Assembly (NCBI GenBank): GCA_017882165.1
Contig: JADGPZ010000002.1
Span: forward strand, 14,142 to 78,141
DNA length: 64,000 nucleotides
Origin: Candidatus Kapaibacterium sp.
Lineage (GTDB): Bacteria; Bacteroidota; Ignavibacteria; Palsa-1295
Direction of reading: 5' to 3'
The position numbers were made by a program, and so were the translations under genes. Shown here piece after piece: positions 40,136-49,022 of this stretch. Numbering within the stretch: the first letter of the stretch is position 1; the number at the start of each line of letters is the position of its first letter. Under the pieces are notes generated by a model. It searched no databases. It was given only the letters and a program-made list of their open reading frames with translations, and was not told the origin of the DNA.

Positions 40136-41560
40136 ATGCGTCACGTTCATTTTATTGGCATCGGCGGAGCCGGTACGAGCGGGCTTGCGGAGATATTGCT
40201 GCTCCGGGGCATCGAAGTCTCCGGAAGCGATCTGGTTGCGAATGCAAAGACGGACGAACTCGCATTGCTTGGCGCGACCATCCATGAAGGACATGCCGGG
40301 CAGAATGTGAACGGGGCGGATATCGTCGTTTATTCTTCCGCCGTGCATCGCGACAATCCTGAATACGCGGAAGCCGTGCAGCGCGGTGTTCGAATCCTTC
40401 GCCGTGCGGACTTCATGGCCGAGCTACTGGCCGATCACAGTGTCATTGCCGTTGCTGGCACGCACGGAAAGACCACGGTGACCAGTATGATCGCCTCGAT
40501 CCTCATCGAGGCAAAGCTCGATCCGCTCGTGCTTGTTGGCGCCAGCGTTGCGGAACTGGATGGGAAGAATTCGCGCGCCGGGACCGGACGCATTGCCGTT
40601 GTTGAAGCGGACGAGTACGATCGCAGCTTCCTCGCGCTCCGGCCATTCATCGCCGTCATGACCTCTCTTGAAGAAGAGCACCTCGATATATACAAAGACT
40701 TGGACGATCTGAAAGACGCGTTCGTCGAGTTCGCGAACCAGGGTCCATCATCGCCGCAAACCGGATACGCGGTTGTTTGCATCGATGAGCCAGCCTTGCG
40801 CGCCATCACACCACGGCTTCAGAAGCGGATCGTGAGTTATGGCCTTCGGTCGATGGAAGCAAAGTATCGTGCGACGAACGTTTTGCTGAGTGCCCAACGG
40901 ATGCGTGCAACGATCATGCGAGGCAGCGATGCAGTTGGAGAGTTGGAATTACGCGTACCCGGGGAGCACAATATCTACAATGCGCTTGCCGCGCTGACCG
41001 TCGGAGAGATCTTATCGATTCCTTTCGAGACCTCGGTGCGGGCGCTGAAACGCTTTACGGGTGCCGAGCGGCGGTTTGAACGTATCGGCGAGGCTGCCGG
41101 TGTGGTTGTGATCGATGATTACGCGCATCATCCCACCGAAGTCCGAGAGACGCTCCTGACAGCCCGAAAATGCTATCCGGGCCGGCGCATCGTCGCGTGT
41201 TTCCAGCCGCACACATTTACGCGGACACGTGATTTTGCAACTGGTTTCGGCCAGGTATTTGCGGAACTTGCCGATGTGCTCGTGCTGCTGGACATATATC
41301 CGGCGCGCGAACAGCCGATTGAAGGTGTCACCAGTAAGCTGATCGCCGAGGCGGTGCTGGAGCTGAAGGAAATCCATGAGGTTGCAACCGTCGAAGAGTT
41401 GCCGGATCGGGTCGTCGCGATCGCGCAGGCCGGCGATGTCATCCTGACCATCGGCGCCGGGACGATTACGAACGCAGCCCGACCGATATTCGAACTCATG
41501 AAGGATAGGGAGCAAACTGGTGTTACCGTGCCGGCCTCAGAATTTGCCATCGCACAATGA
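40136..41560 (+). CDS. murC: UDP-N-acetylmuramate--L-alanine ligase
   Basis: N-terminal HFIGIGGAGTSGLAEIL, P-loop AVAGTHGKTTVTSM, and Mur ligase domains. Confidence 0.9.
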   Translation: MRHVHFIGIGGAGTSGLAEILLLRGIEVSGSDLVANAKTDELALLGATIHEGHAGQNVNGADIVVYSSAVHRDNPEYAEAVQRGVRILRRADFMAELLADHSVIAVAGTHGKTTVTSMIASILIEAKLDPLVLVGASVAELDGKNSRAGTGRIAVVEADEYDRSFLALRPFIAVMTSLEEEHLDIYKDLDDLKDAFVEFANQGPSSPQTGYAVVCIDEPALRAITPRLQKRIVSYGLRSMEAKYRATNVLLSAQRMRATIMRGSDAVGELELRVPGEHNIYNALAALTVGEILSIPFETSVRALKRFTGAERRFERIGEAAGVVVIDDYAHHPTEVRETLLTARKCYPGRRIVACFQPHTFTRTRDFATGFGQVFAELADVLVLLDIYPAREQPIEGVTSKLIAEAVLELKEIHEVATVEELPDRVVAIAQAGDVILTIGAGTITNAARPIFELMKDREQTGVTVPASEFAIAQ

Positions 41561-43026
41561 CCCAAGAAACTCCCATACACGAGATAGAAGAAACGCCATC
41601 CCCCTTGGAGATGGTGACCGATGAGAGTACCATCCCTTCGGATGGCGCTGCTTCGGATGTCGCTTCAGAAGAAACGGAAGCTCCACCCACCGATGGTGCG
41701 GTCGCTGCCAATGGCACGGCCCGCCGCGAATACCGCCCGCAAAGGGAGCGTGAGCCACGGGAGCGTGAGCCGCGCGCGCGAAAGGCACGCAAACCAGCCC
41801 CAGCAATCTTCGAGCGCTTTGTCGTCATCCGCTGGTCCGGACGCCGCGAGCCGGTCGATGATATGTTCTGGGCCGAGGCGACCAAGGAAGGCGAGTGGAT
41901 GGTCCTGACGGAGTTCGAGCAGATCCGTTCTCGCAAGGATATTTTGGCACGGCTACTGGAATTGCCGCCTGCGTTGGTCGCGCTTGATTTCCCGCTCAGC
42001 TATCCCGCTGACTTTTTCGAATTTTTGAAGGGCGAAGGGATCACCGACTGGAGATCGCTCGCAAAGCGAGTGCGGGAGGATCTCAAAAAGAACGTTGATG
42101 ACGGCGTGCGGCTTTGGATCGAACGGATGGGCGCCTATCGTGAGTCGCGGTTGGAAGACGAAGCACTCTGGCCCGATCGCCGGGACGACCGCTACAACGA
42201 CCGCCGAGGCGACCGGTATAACGATCGAGGGAATGACCGGTACAACGATCGCCGCTCGCCACTACCTCGTGAGCCTTTAGCACCCTACGAGCGCGGATCG
42301 CTCGCCGAGCGCTTTCGCCGCACGGACCATGCCCTGCGCCGCGTGGCCGACCGGCATCTTGTCAGTCCGGTTCAGATTGGTTACAACCGTCTGACCAATC
42401 GTTATGAGTTTACCGATGCGAACTCGCAGGGCCGCGCGGCGCTGCTTGGCATGTCGATGCTCGATCAAGTGCTCGATGTTCGTCAAGATGCGGCAGTCTG
42501 GCCGATGATGGCGCCGAAGCCGCTGACAATCGTTGAGGTGTTGCCATGGGTCTTCACCGCTGGTGACCGGTTGCAACCCGATGTGCTTCGGAAGCAAATG
42601 GCCACACTGGAAGATCGCGGCTGGGATATCCCGAGTCATGCGATCGACCAGGCCGCTCGAAATCCCGAGGCGCAAAGTGCCCTCCGGTGTTTGCTCGGCA
42701 TGATTAAGACCGAGAGCCGAGAGGATCGGCAACGGCGCCCGATCCGCGATTACTTGCCTGCATTCTATGATGATCCGCAGGTCAAACTCGAAGGGTGGTT
42801 CTATAGCGTTGGCTATCGGTCGATGACTGAAGAATCCAAATCGGAGCACCCACATAAGGAGGAAGCGAAAGACTCGCATCCGAAAGAGAAGCAAGAGACC
42901 AAGAAGAATATAGCGCTGCCAACGCCTCTGGAGAGTGTCCAGACCGAAAGTCCGGAAGCAGCAGTCCTTGCCGAAGTGACCGAACCCGCTGTTTCTGCGG
43001 AAGCCGAGCAAGAGCCAAGCCTTTAG
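41557..43026 (+). CDS. Hypothetical 489-aa protein inserted between murC and ftsQ: acidic/RE-rich termini, three DRYND repeats, possible RNase-H-like (DUF429-like) core
   Basis: The ATG overlaps the murC stop (ATGA). It contains a 21-nt tandem DNA repeat x3 (GACCGCTACAACGACCGCCGA...) encoding DRYNDRRGDRYNDRGNDRYNDRR. Core motifs VVIRWSGRRE, LVALDFPLSYP, RTDHALRRV...SPV and TIVEVLPWVF loosely resemble DUF429-type proteins. The fold assignment is speculative. Confidence 0.5.
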   Translation: MTQETPIHEIEETPSPLEMVTDESTIPSDGAASDVASEETEAPPTDGAVAANGTARREYRPQREREPREREPRARKARKPAPAIFERFVVIRWSGRREPVDDMFWAEATKEGEWMVLTEFEQIRSRKDILARLLELPPALVALDFPLSYPADFFEFLKGEGITDWRSLAKRVREDLKKNVDDGVRLWIERMGAYRESRLEDEALWPDRRDDRYNDRRGDRYNDRGNDRYNDRRSPLPREPLAPYERGSLAERFRRTDHALRRVADRHLVSPVQIGYNRLTNRYEFTDANSQGRAALLGMSMLDQVLDVRQDAAVWPMMAPKPLTIVEVLPWVFTAGDRLQPDVLRKQMATLEDRGWDIPSHAIDQAARNPEAQSALRCLLGMIKTESREDRQRRPIRDYLPAFYDDPQVKLEGWFYSVGYRSMTEESKSEHPHKEEAKDSHPKEKQETKKNIALPTPLESVQTESPEAAVLAEVTEPAVSAEAEQEPSL

Positions 43027-43175
43027 ACGAGAGCAGTGGAGCTTCCGCTGCCCGCAAGCCCTATTTGCATTGCCTCTCAACGAGGCAAGCCTTTAACTCA
43101 CGTATTTCATTTTTCAGCGAACGCTGTTTTCGTGCTGCGCGCAGGCAACTGTGCGTGTTTGCGAAAGTTTTTGCT

Positions 43176-44399
43176 ATGCGATTTACGATCAATCCGCCGA
43201 ATGGCGGCCGCAAAGAACTGACGAATCTTCGGGCGCGGGAGCCGGACGATCTCGTCCGGCAGCGACTGGGCGAGCGACAGAGCGAGCACCTTGGCGCGTC
43301 CGCACTGCGGACGGATGTAGAGGCATATCTCGATCGGGCGGCCGCGAGCGACGCTCCCGAAAGCGAGAGCATGCCGAGCGATACGTTCGAACAGTTCCTT
43401 GCGGAGGATACTCATGATTTATCTGGAACGAACGGTGACGAAGGGACTTCCTGGAGGCATTCTCGCTGGGCACCGGCGCTATTTCTTCTGGCAGTTGGTG
43501 CGCTAGCTTCACTGTGGTACTTCGCGGCGCATTTCGATCGCTCGCTCGCGCTTGAGAGCGTAAAAGTGGAAGGTGCCGATCTTGTGGCCGAGCGGGAGAT
43601 CGTCCGGCTTGCCGCAATCGACATGAAGCAAGCATTCTACTCGATCGACCTCCGGCGCATTGAGTCGAGGGTCGCGCAGCACTCTTTAGTCAAACATGTG
43701 CATGTTCGCCGAGAACTGAGTCCGGCAAGCATCGTCATCTCCATCGAAGAACGGCGGCCAGTGGCGATGCTAAAGTCAGATTCGTCGGGTGAGACTTATC
43801 TTATCGATCGGGATGGACACCTGCTTCGACCCAAGCTGCTTGCGGGTCTCAGCGATCCCGCGCGTTTGCTCGCGGTGCCACTCCTGAGCGGTGTGAGCGA
43901 GCGGGACACGGTCGGCTTCCAGGCGATGGCGCGACTCGTCGCGACGATCGGCGCGATTGACTCCGGGGCGTTGGGCAAAGCGATCGGCGAATTGCGCCGG
44001 ACGCCCAACGGATCATACGTCATCTATACTGCCGAGACACAGACGCCGATCTTCATCGGATCGCCGTTCGACGCACCATTTCAGACCGCGCTTGAAGAAG
44101 AGCGTGGCACAACCACGCGCGTGACAAACGATCACTTCTTCATGACACAGATCGCGCTGCTTGCCAAAGTCTGGAGATCCAAGCTTGAGAAGTCGCTCCG
44201 GGCCGGCGATGCGCTCTATGTCGATGCGCGGTTTCGAGGGCAGATCATCCTGAAGCGCCGCAACCAAGCCATGCTGCATGGTGCGCCGCCAGCATCTCAG
44301 AAATTTTCTGGACTCAATGGACTTGATGGACGATGTGGACCGTCCACCGCGTCCATGGTGTCCGTTCCGTCCATCGAGTCCATTCAGTCCACATCATAA
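43176..44399 (+). CDS. ftsQ: Cell division protein FtsQ/DivIB-like (POTRA domain)
   Basis: Position before ftsA. Single TM (WAPALFLLAVGALASLWYF) followed by a POTRA-like LESVKVEGADLVAEREIVRLAAID...IESRVAQHSLVKHVHVRRELSPASIVISIEERRP. Start chosen at ATG 43176. The cytoplasmic tail is unusually long. Confidence 0.6.
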   Translation: MRFTINPPNGGRKELTNLRAREPDDLVRQRLGERQSEHLGASALRTDVEAYLDRAAASDAPESESMPSDTFEQFLAEDTHDLSGTNGDEGTSWRHSRWAPALFLLAVGALASLWYFAAHFDRSLALESVKVEGADLVAEREIVRLAAIDMKQAFYSIDLRRIESRVAQHSLVKHVHVRRELSPASIVISIEERRPVAMLKSDSSGETYLIDRDGHLLRPKLLAGLSDPARLLAVPLLSGVSERDTVGFQAMARLVATIGAIDSGALGKAIGELRRTPNGSYVIYTAETQTPIFIGSPFDAPFQTALEEERGTTTRVTNDHFFMTQIALLAKVWRSKLEKSLRAGDALYVDARFRGQIILKRRNQAMLHGAPPASQKFSGLNGLDGRCGPSTASMVSVPSIESIQSTS

Positions 44400-44405
44400 C
44401 TTGTT

Positions 44406-45848
44406 ATGCAACGAACGCGAATGAGCGATCCCCGGATGAGCGATCGTCCGACCTATTCAGAACCAGCGTATAGCACGAGCAGCTATTCGAGTGGGGCCCC
44501 GATGGGTGGCTCACCCATGGGTGGCTCTCCCATGATGGGCGTCCCAGCGCAACACGAGCCGGCGAAGATCATCGTCGGGCTTGATGTGGGCACGACGAAG
44601 GTCTGTGCGATCGTCGCGGCGATCTCGCTGCGCGAGCCGCACACGATGACCGTGCTCGGCGTGGGGCATGCCCCGGCCGATGGACTTTCGCGCGGCGTCG
44701 TGACGAACATCGAGAAGACGGTGCGCTCGATCGAGCGCGCCATTGCGGAGGCCGAGGCTCAGAGCGGTGTGAAGATCCGCGAGGTCGTTGTTGGCATTGC
44801 GGGCGATCACATTCAGTCGTTCCAGTCGCGCGGCGTTGTCACGATCTCGAATGCCGAGCGGACGATCTCGCAGGATGATGTCGATCGGCTGATCGAGGAT
44901 ACGAAGAAGGTGCATCTGCCCATGGACCGCCGAATTTTGCACGTAATCCCGCAAGAGTTTATCGTCGATGGACAGGACGGGATTTACGAACCGATCGGTA
45001 TGTCCGGCGTGCGGCTGGAGGCGAGCGTCCACATCATCAACGGCCTCGTCACCGCCGTGCAAAACATCTACAACTGTGTGGAGCGCGCTGGACTCCGCGT
45101 CCGCGATATCGTTCTTGAACCGCTCGCGTCGAGCTATGCCGTGCTTGACGATGAGGAAAAGGAGGTTGGCGTGGCGCTCGTCGATATTGGCGGTGGCACC
45201 ACGGACATTGCGGTATTCGAAGAACGGACCATCCGCCACACGGCTGTTGTCGGTATTGCCGGACAAAAAGTCACGGATGATATTCGCAAGGGACTCGGCA
45301 TTCTCGGCGATCAGGCCGAACGTCTCAAACGTGAGTATGGCTGCGCCGTTGTCTCGCACATCCTGCGTGACGAAGTGATCCAATTGCCAGGACTCGCCGG
45401 CCGCAAGCCTCGTGAAATTCAGAAGTCCGTAATCGCGCGCGTGATTCAGCCGCGAATGGAGGAGATTCTCGAATTCGCGCTCTCCGAGATCAAACGATCC
45501 GGGTACGCGCGGCATCTCTCGGCGGGTGTCGTGCTCACGGGCGGTGGCTCGATGACGAATGGCACGCGCGAACTGGCCGAAGAAGTCTTCCAGATGCCGG
45601 TCAAGATCGGAATGCCGATGGGCTTCGGCGCGGGACTCGTCAAAGAGGTCGAGTCGCCGGTCTTCTCGACAGCGGTCGGACTCGTGCTCTATGCCTTCCG
45701 GCATCACGAGAAGAGCGACCTTATGTCATACGTGGAGACGTTGGCTGCGGAAGAACCCGTTGTCGTTAGCGAAGAGACGCATCTGGAAGATGACGAGCAA
45801 AAGGGCTCGATCTTCTCGAAGATGAAAGAATGGTTTGAACAACTCTAA
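44406..45848 (+). CDS. ftsA: Cell division protein FtsA (actin-like ATPase) with ~50-aa low-complexity N-terminal extension
   Basis: IIVGLDVGTTKVCAIV phosphate-1 motif, DIGGGTTDIAVF phosphate-2, and the overall FtsA pattern. The extension carries a 15-nt tandem repeat encoding PMGGSPMGGSPMMG. Confidence 0.85.
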   Translation: MQRTRMSDPRMSDRPTYSEPAYSTSSYSSGAPMGGSPMGGSPMMGVPAQHEPAKIIVGLDVGTTKVCAIVAAISLREPHTMTVLGVGHAPADGLSRGVVTNIEKTVRSIERAIAEAEAQSGVKIREVVVGIAGDHIQSFQSRGVVTISNAERTISQDDVDRLIEDTKKVHLPMDRRILHVIPQEFIVDGQDGIYEPIGMSGVRLEASVHIINGLVTAVQNIYNCVERAGLRVRDIVLEPLASSYAVLDDEEKEVGVALVDIGGGTTDIAVFEERTIRHTAVVGIAGQKVTDDIRKGLGILGDQAERLKREYGCAVVSHILRDEVIQLPGLAGRKPREIQKSVIARVIQPRMEEILEFALSEIKRSGYARHLSAGVVLTGGGSMTNGTRELAEEVFQMPVKIGMPMGFGAGLVKEVESPVFSTAVGLVLYAFRHHEKSDLMSYVETLAAEEPVVVSEETHLEDDEQKGSIFSKMKEWFEQL

Positions 45849-45943
45849 CAGTGCTGAGTGCTCAGTGTTGAGTGCTAAGTATGGCATTCGGCAGAGACAC
45901 TCAGCGTCCTTTGAAACACAGCACTCAGCACTTAGCACTTAGA
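45849..45943. repeat. Palindromic repeat element (AGTGCTGAGTGCT ... AGCACTCAGCACTTAGCACT) filling the ftsA-ftsZ intergenic space
   Basis: Left arm cagtgctgagtgctcagtgttgagtgctaagt and right arm acacagcactcagcacttagcacttag. A 12-bp perfect core stem GTGCTGAGTGCT/AGCACTCAGCAC. It ends 4 nt before the ftsZ ATG. Confidence 0.55.
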
Positions 45944-45946
45944 ACT

Positions 45947-47431
45947 ATGATAGAACTCGATACCAAACAAGAATACGGCGCGAAAATCCGGGTGGTCGGC
46001 GTGGGCGGCGGTGGCTCCAATGCTGTCAACGCAATGATCAACAAAGGCCTGGAGGGCGTGGAATTCTGCGTGCTCAACACCGACATGCAGGCGCTCGAAA
46101 AGAGCACGGCCTCGATCAAGCTGCAAATCGGCAAGAACCTGACGCGGGGACTTGGCGCTGGCGCCGATCCGGAAGTCGGGCGCAAAGCCGTCGAAGAAGA
46201 CCGCGAAGAGATCATGCACATGATGGCGGGGAGCGATATGATCTTTGTCACGGCCGGCATGGGTGGCGGCACCGGCACGGGTGGCGTCCCCGTCGTGGCG
46301 TCGATTGCGAAGTCGATTGGCGCGCTCGTAGTCGGAATCGTCACGAAGCCGTTCGCCTTCGAAGGCAAGCGCCGATCGCGGCAGGCTGAAGATGGCATCG
46401 AGGAGCTTCGCCGCAATGTCGATACGCTCATCGTGATCCCTAACCAGAAGTTGCTCGGGTTGGTCGAGAATTCAACCTCGTTTCTCGATGGCTTCTCGCT
46501 CGCAAATCAGGTGCTTTACAATGCCACGCGGGGCATCAGCGAACTGATTATTCGTCACGGATACATCAACGTTGATTTCGCTGACGTGCGGACCGTCATG
46601 CGCGAGATGGGCGATGCCATCATGGGCTCGGGTGTTGGCCGTGGCGAGCACCGCGCCTCCGTCGCGGCGGAGCACGCGATCTCCTCGCCGCTGCTCGAAG
46701 GGGTATCCATTCAGGGCGCGCAAGGAGTGCTCGTCAACATCACTGGTGGGCGCTCAATGTCGCTGATCGAAGTGAGCGAGGCGACGCAGATCATCCACGA
46801 CGCGGCCGGCGACGATGCGAATATCATCTTCGGTGCCGTGCTCGATGAGACGATGGAAGAAGAGATCATGGTGACGGTGATCGCGACCGGATTTAACTCG
46901 CGGCCAAAGTACAATGGCCTGAGCGTGGGCGGCGGCGGCGAGCTGCGTCCAACCCGTGTGACGGAACGAGTAGAGGAAGAAGTACCGCGCCTGCGAACGC
47001 AGCGCATCAATCAGGCATCGACCGAAGAGGTCGTTGCGACCTCGCGGCCGCCATTGCGAGAGACGGCGATGGCCGACACACAGGCGATGCCGCTGCCGCG
47101 CGTCGAACGGATGTTTGTACCGCGTGGCACGCTCCGTGAAAAAGAACGCGGGACTTCATTCGAGACGAACGAGGTAGAAACGCCGGAGCGTCCGCTAACG
47201 ACCGGAGTCTCGCGGCTGACGCCGCGTACCGATACGCGGCACGTTCCATCAGGTCCACGCGATTTGAAGGACTACGACCAACCAGCGTATCTGCGACGTG
47301 GCGTGCAGCTTCCGCCCATCGGCGAAGCAGAGGAACCGCAGGCCGTCGCGCAAGAAGCGGCAAAGGTGGAAGAACCGCGTAGCCGCGACCACGATGACAA
47401 GCCAGCGTTCCTGAAGCGGATTATGGATTAA
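45947..47431 (+). CDS. ftsZ: Cell division GTPase FtsZ
   Basis: GVGGGGSNAVN tubulin signature, T7 loop NVDFADV, long disordered C-terminal linker, and conserved C-terminal peptide (DKPAFLKR). Confidence 0.9.
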   Translation: MIELDTKQEYGAKIRVVGVGGGGSNAVNAMINKGLEGVEFCVLNTDMQALEKSTASIKLQIGKNLTRGLGAGADPEVGRKAVEEDREEIMHMMAGSDMIFVTAGMGGGTGTGGVPVVASIAKSIGALVVGIVTKPFAFEGKRRSRQAEDGIEELRRNVDTLIVIPNQKLLGLVENSTSFLDGFSLANQVLYNATRGISELIIRHGYINVDFADVRTVMREMGDAIMGSGVGRGEHRASVAAEHAISSPLLEGVSIQGAQGVLVNITGGRSMSLIEVSEATQIIHDAAGDDANIIFGAVLDETMEEEIMVTVIATGFNSRPKYNGLSVGGGGELRPTRVTERVEEEVPRLRTQRINQASTEEVVATSRPPLRETAMADTQAMPLPRVERMFVPRGTLREKERGTSFETNEVETPERPLTTGVSRLTPRTDTRHVPSGPRDLKDYDQPAYLRRGVQLPPIGEAEEPQAVAQEAAKVEEPRSRDHDDKPAFLKRIMD

Positions 47432-48991
47432 GTGTCACGGTTGGATCCGAGACGCGAGAGCAGTCTCTCACCCTTGAAGAGTAGTCTACTTCCAATCGGC
47501 GTTGCCATTGGGAGTAGTCTGCTCACGCTCATCCCGCCCTCGATCATCGGGACCGATTCGAGCGCGCTCACCCTGCAAAGCCTCGAGCATTGGATGCACG
47601 GGACACCAGACCGCTTCGAGGCGCTGCGCATTCACTGGCTGTGGATACCTCGCGTGATCGCATATCTGACGGGCGATGCGTTTGCCGCGCTCGTGATCTT
47701 CCGAGCGATCATATTCGGCCTCACGATCTATCTCTTCGCGAAAGTTGGCGAGCGGTTCGGGCGTGGAGACCGCGCCACAACAATCCTTGCGGCTGCGATG
47801 CTCGCGCTGAACGTGGTCGTTCTCTACTTCTCGCACACATTCGCCTCGCAATTGCTGACGTTGTTCGTTGCGGTCTGGATGCTCTATCTTTTGACGAGTG
47901 ACAAGACGCAGAATCATCGGCTCGCCGCGCTGATTTTCGGACTGAGTCTGTCGATTGGTTTTTGGCCGTTTGTGCTTCTGCTTGCTGTCGTGACGGTAGG
48001 ACTGAATTTTCATCACGCGACGTATACTCCTCGCTTGCGACAAACCTATCAGCTATTTGGTCTCGTGCTGCTCGGAGCCGCCTCCTATATTTTGTTGGAA
48101 ATATTCCTCTTCGGCACAGCGCATGTTTGGGAAATGATGATGCCAAAAGTCTACCAGCCACGCGAGATCAGCCTCATCGCACAGGGGCTCATCATTGGGC
48201 TCTTCTCGGTCAACATGCTGGTCATAGCTGTATTCGTTCGCAGGCAAGACAGCATCGCTCGCGATTTCCAATCGGCATTTGTTATTCTCGTCGCATTTCT
48301 TTTGCTGAATACCTTTTCGCGCGAGGATATGCTGCACGATGTGATGGTACTGATCCCTTGTGTGATCCTCGTTGGAGTGGACAAATGTGGACTTAGTAGA
48401 CGGCGTGGACTTATCGGAGCAGCATATTTGGGGGTGAACCTCGGACTGTTCTTCTTGCTTCCGACTTTTTTGCCGGACCCGCAAATCGCCATGCCGAGTG
48501 CGAAGCGCACGGTAAGCTCAAGCGATGTCTCGCTGCACCACTATGCCAGCGCAGATTTCTTTAGCTATGCGAAGCTGCGAGAGCAGGCGGCAGGAGAGGA
48601 AGAAGTCAGAGCCGTTCTTGAAACAGCTCGACTGGATTCGACGCTTGTGTTAATTACTCCTGGCACCGATTATTGGTTCGATGCCGCAACGCTCGGCGCA
48701 ATGTATCCGAGTGCGAAGTTCGGCTGGTTCTATGGTAATCCGATTAATATGGTTCGGATCAATGGGCTGCTCGATACGGCGTTTATTCGCCCTCCATCCG
48801 GTACGCCATATCTCGCCGGGTTGTTTGAGAAGTCGTATGCGATGCGATTCATCGATAGCTCACTTCCATCAGGTGTGCCCATACGGGAATCTGCGCGATT
48901 TCAATACATCGACACACGAGGCAACACGGATGCGCGAAAGGCGCTGATCGATCGGCTGATCTTCTTACAATATCAGGGCTTTCGACATTGA
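47432..48991 (+). CDS. Polytopic integral membrane protein (GT-C-like / unknown) directly abutting ftsZ; GTG start
   Basis: The GTG is 1 nt after the ftsZ stop. Roughly 11 predicted TM helices with a C-terminal soluble ~180-aa domain. No catalytic motif is recognised. Confidence 0.4.
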   Translation: MSRLDPRRESSLSPLKSSLLPIGVAIGSSLLTLIPPSIIGTDSSALTLQSLEHWMHGTPDRFEALRIHWLWIPRVIAYLTGDAFAALVIFRAIIFGLTIYLFAKVGERFGRGDRATTILAAAMLALNVVVLYFSHTFASQLLTLFVAVWMLYLLTSDKTQNHRLAALIFGLSLSIGFWPFVLLLAVVTVGLNFHHATYTPRLRQTYQLFGLVLLGAASYILLEIFLFGTAHVWEMMMPKVYQPREISLIAQGLIIGLFSVNMLVIAVFVRRQDSIARDFQSAFVILVAFLLLNTFSREDMLHDVMVLIPCVILVGVDKCGLSRRRGLIGAAYLGVNLGLFFLLPTFLPDPQIAMPSAKRTVSSSDVSLHHYASADFFSYAKLREQAAGEEEVRAVLETARLDSTLVLITPGTDYWFDAATLGAMYPSAKFGWFYGNPINMVRINGLLDTAFIRPPSGTPYLAGLFEKSYAMRFIDSSLPSGVPIRESARFQYIDTRGNTDARKALIDRLIFLQYQGFRH

Positions 48992-48997
48992 AGGGGA

Positions 48998-49016
48998 GGA
49001 CGTGCGCGGCACGTCC
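48998..49016. terminator. Bidirectional terminator hairpin GGACGTGC-gcg-GCACGTCC between convergent genes
   Basis: 8-bp perfect GC-rich stem in the 31-bp gap between the stops at 48991 (+) and 49023 (-). Confidence 0.5.
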
Positions 49017-49022
49017 CTACGA

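Noticed and set aside
42277-43080. 267-aa ORF on the - strand
   Set aside because: Antisense to the murC-coupled 489-aa gene and running into the ftsQ upstream region. The + ORF has in-frame tandem repeats and ATGA coupling, so the - frame is rejected.
44511-45707. 398-aa ORF on the - strand
   Set aside because: Antisense to ftsA, with no motifs and Arg/His-rich composition. A spurious high-GC open frame.
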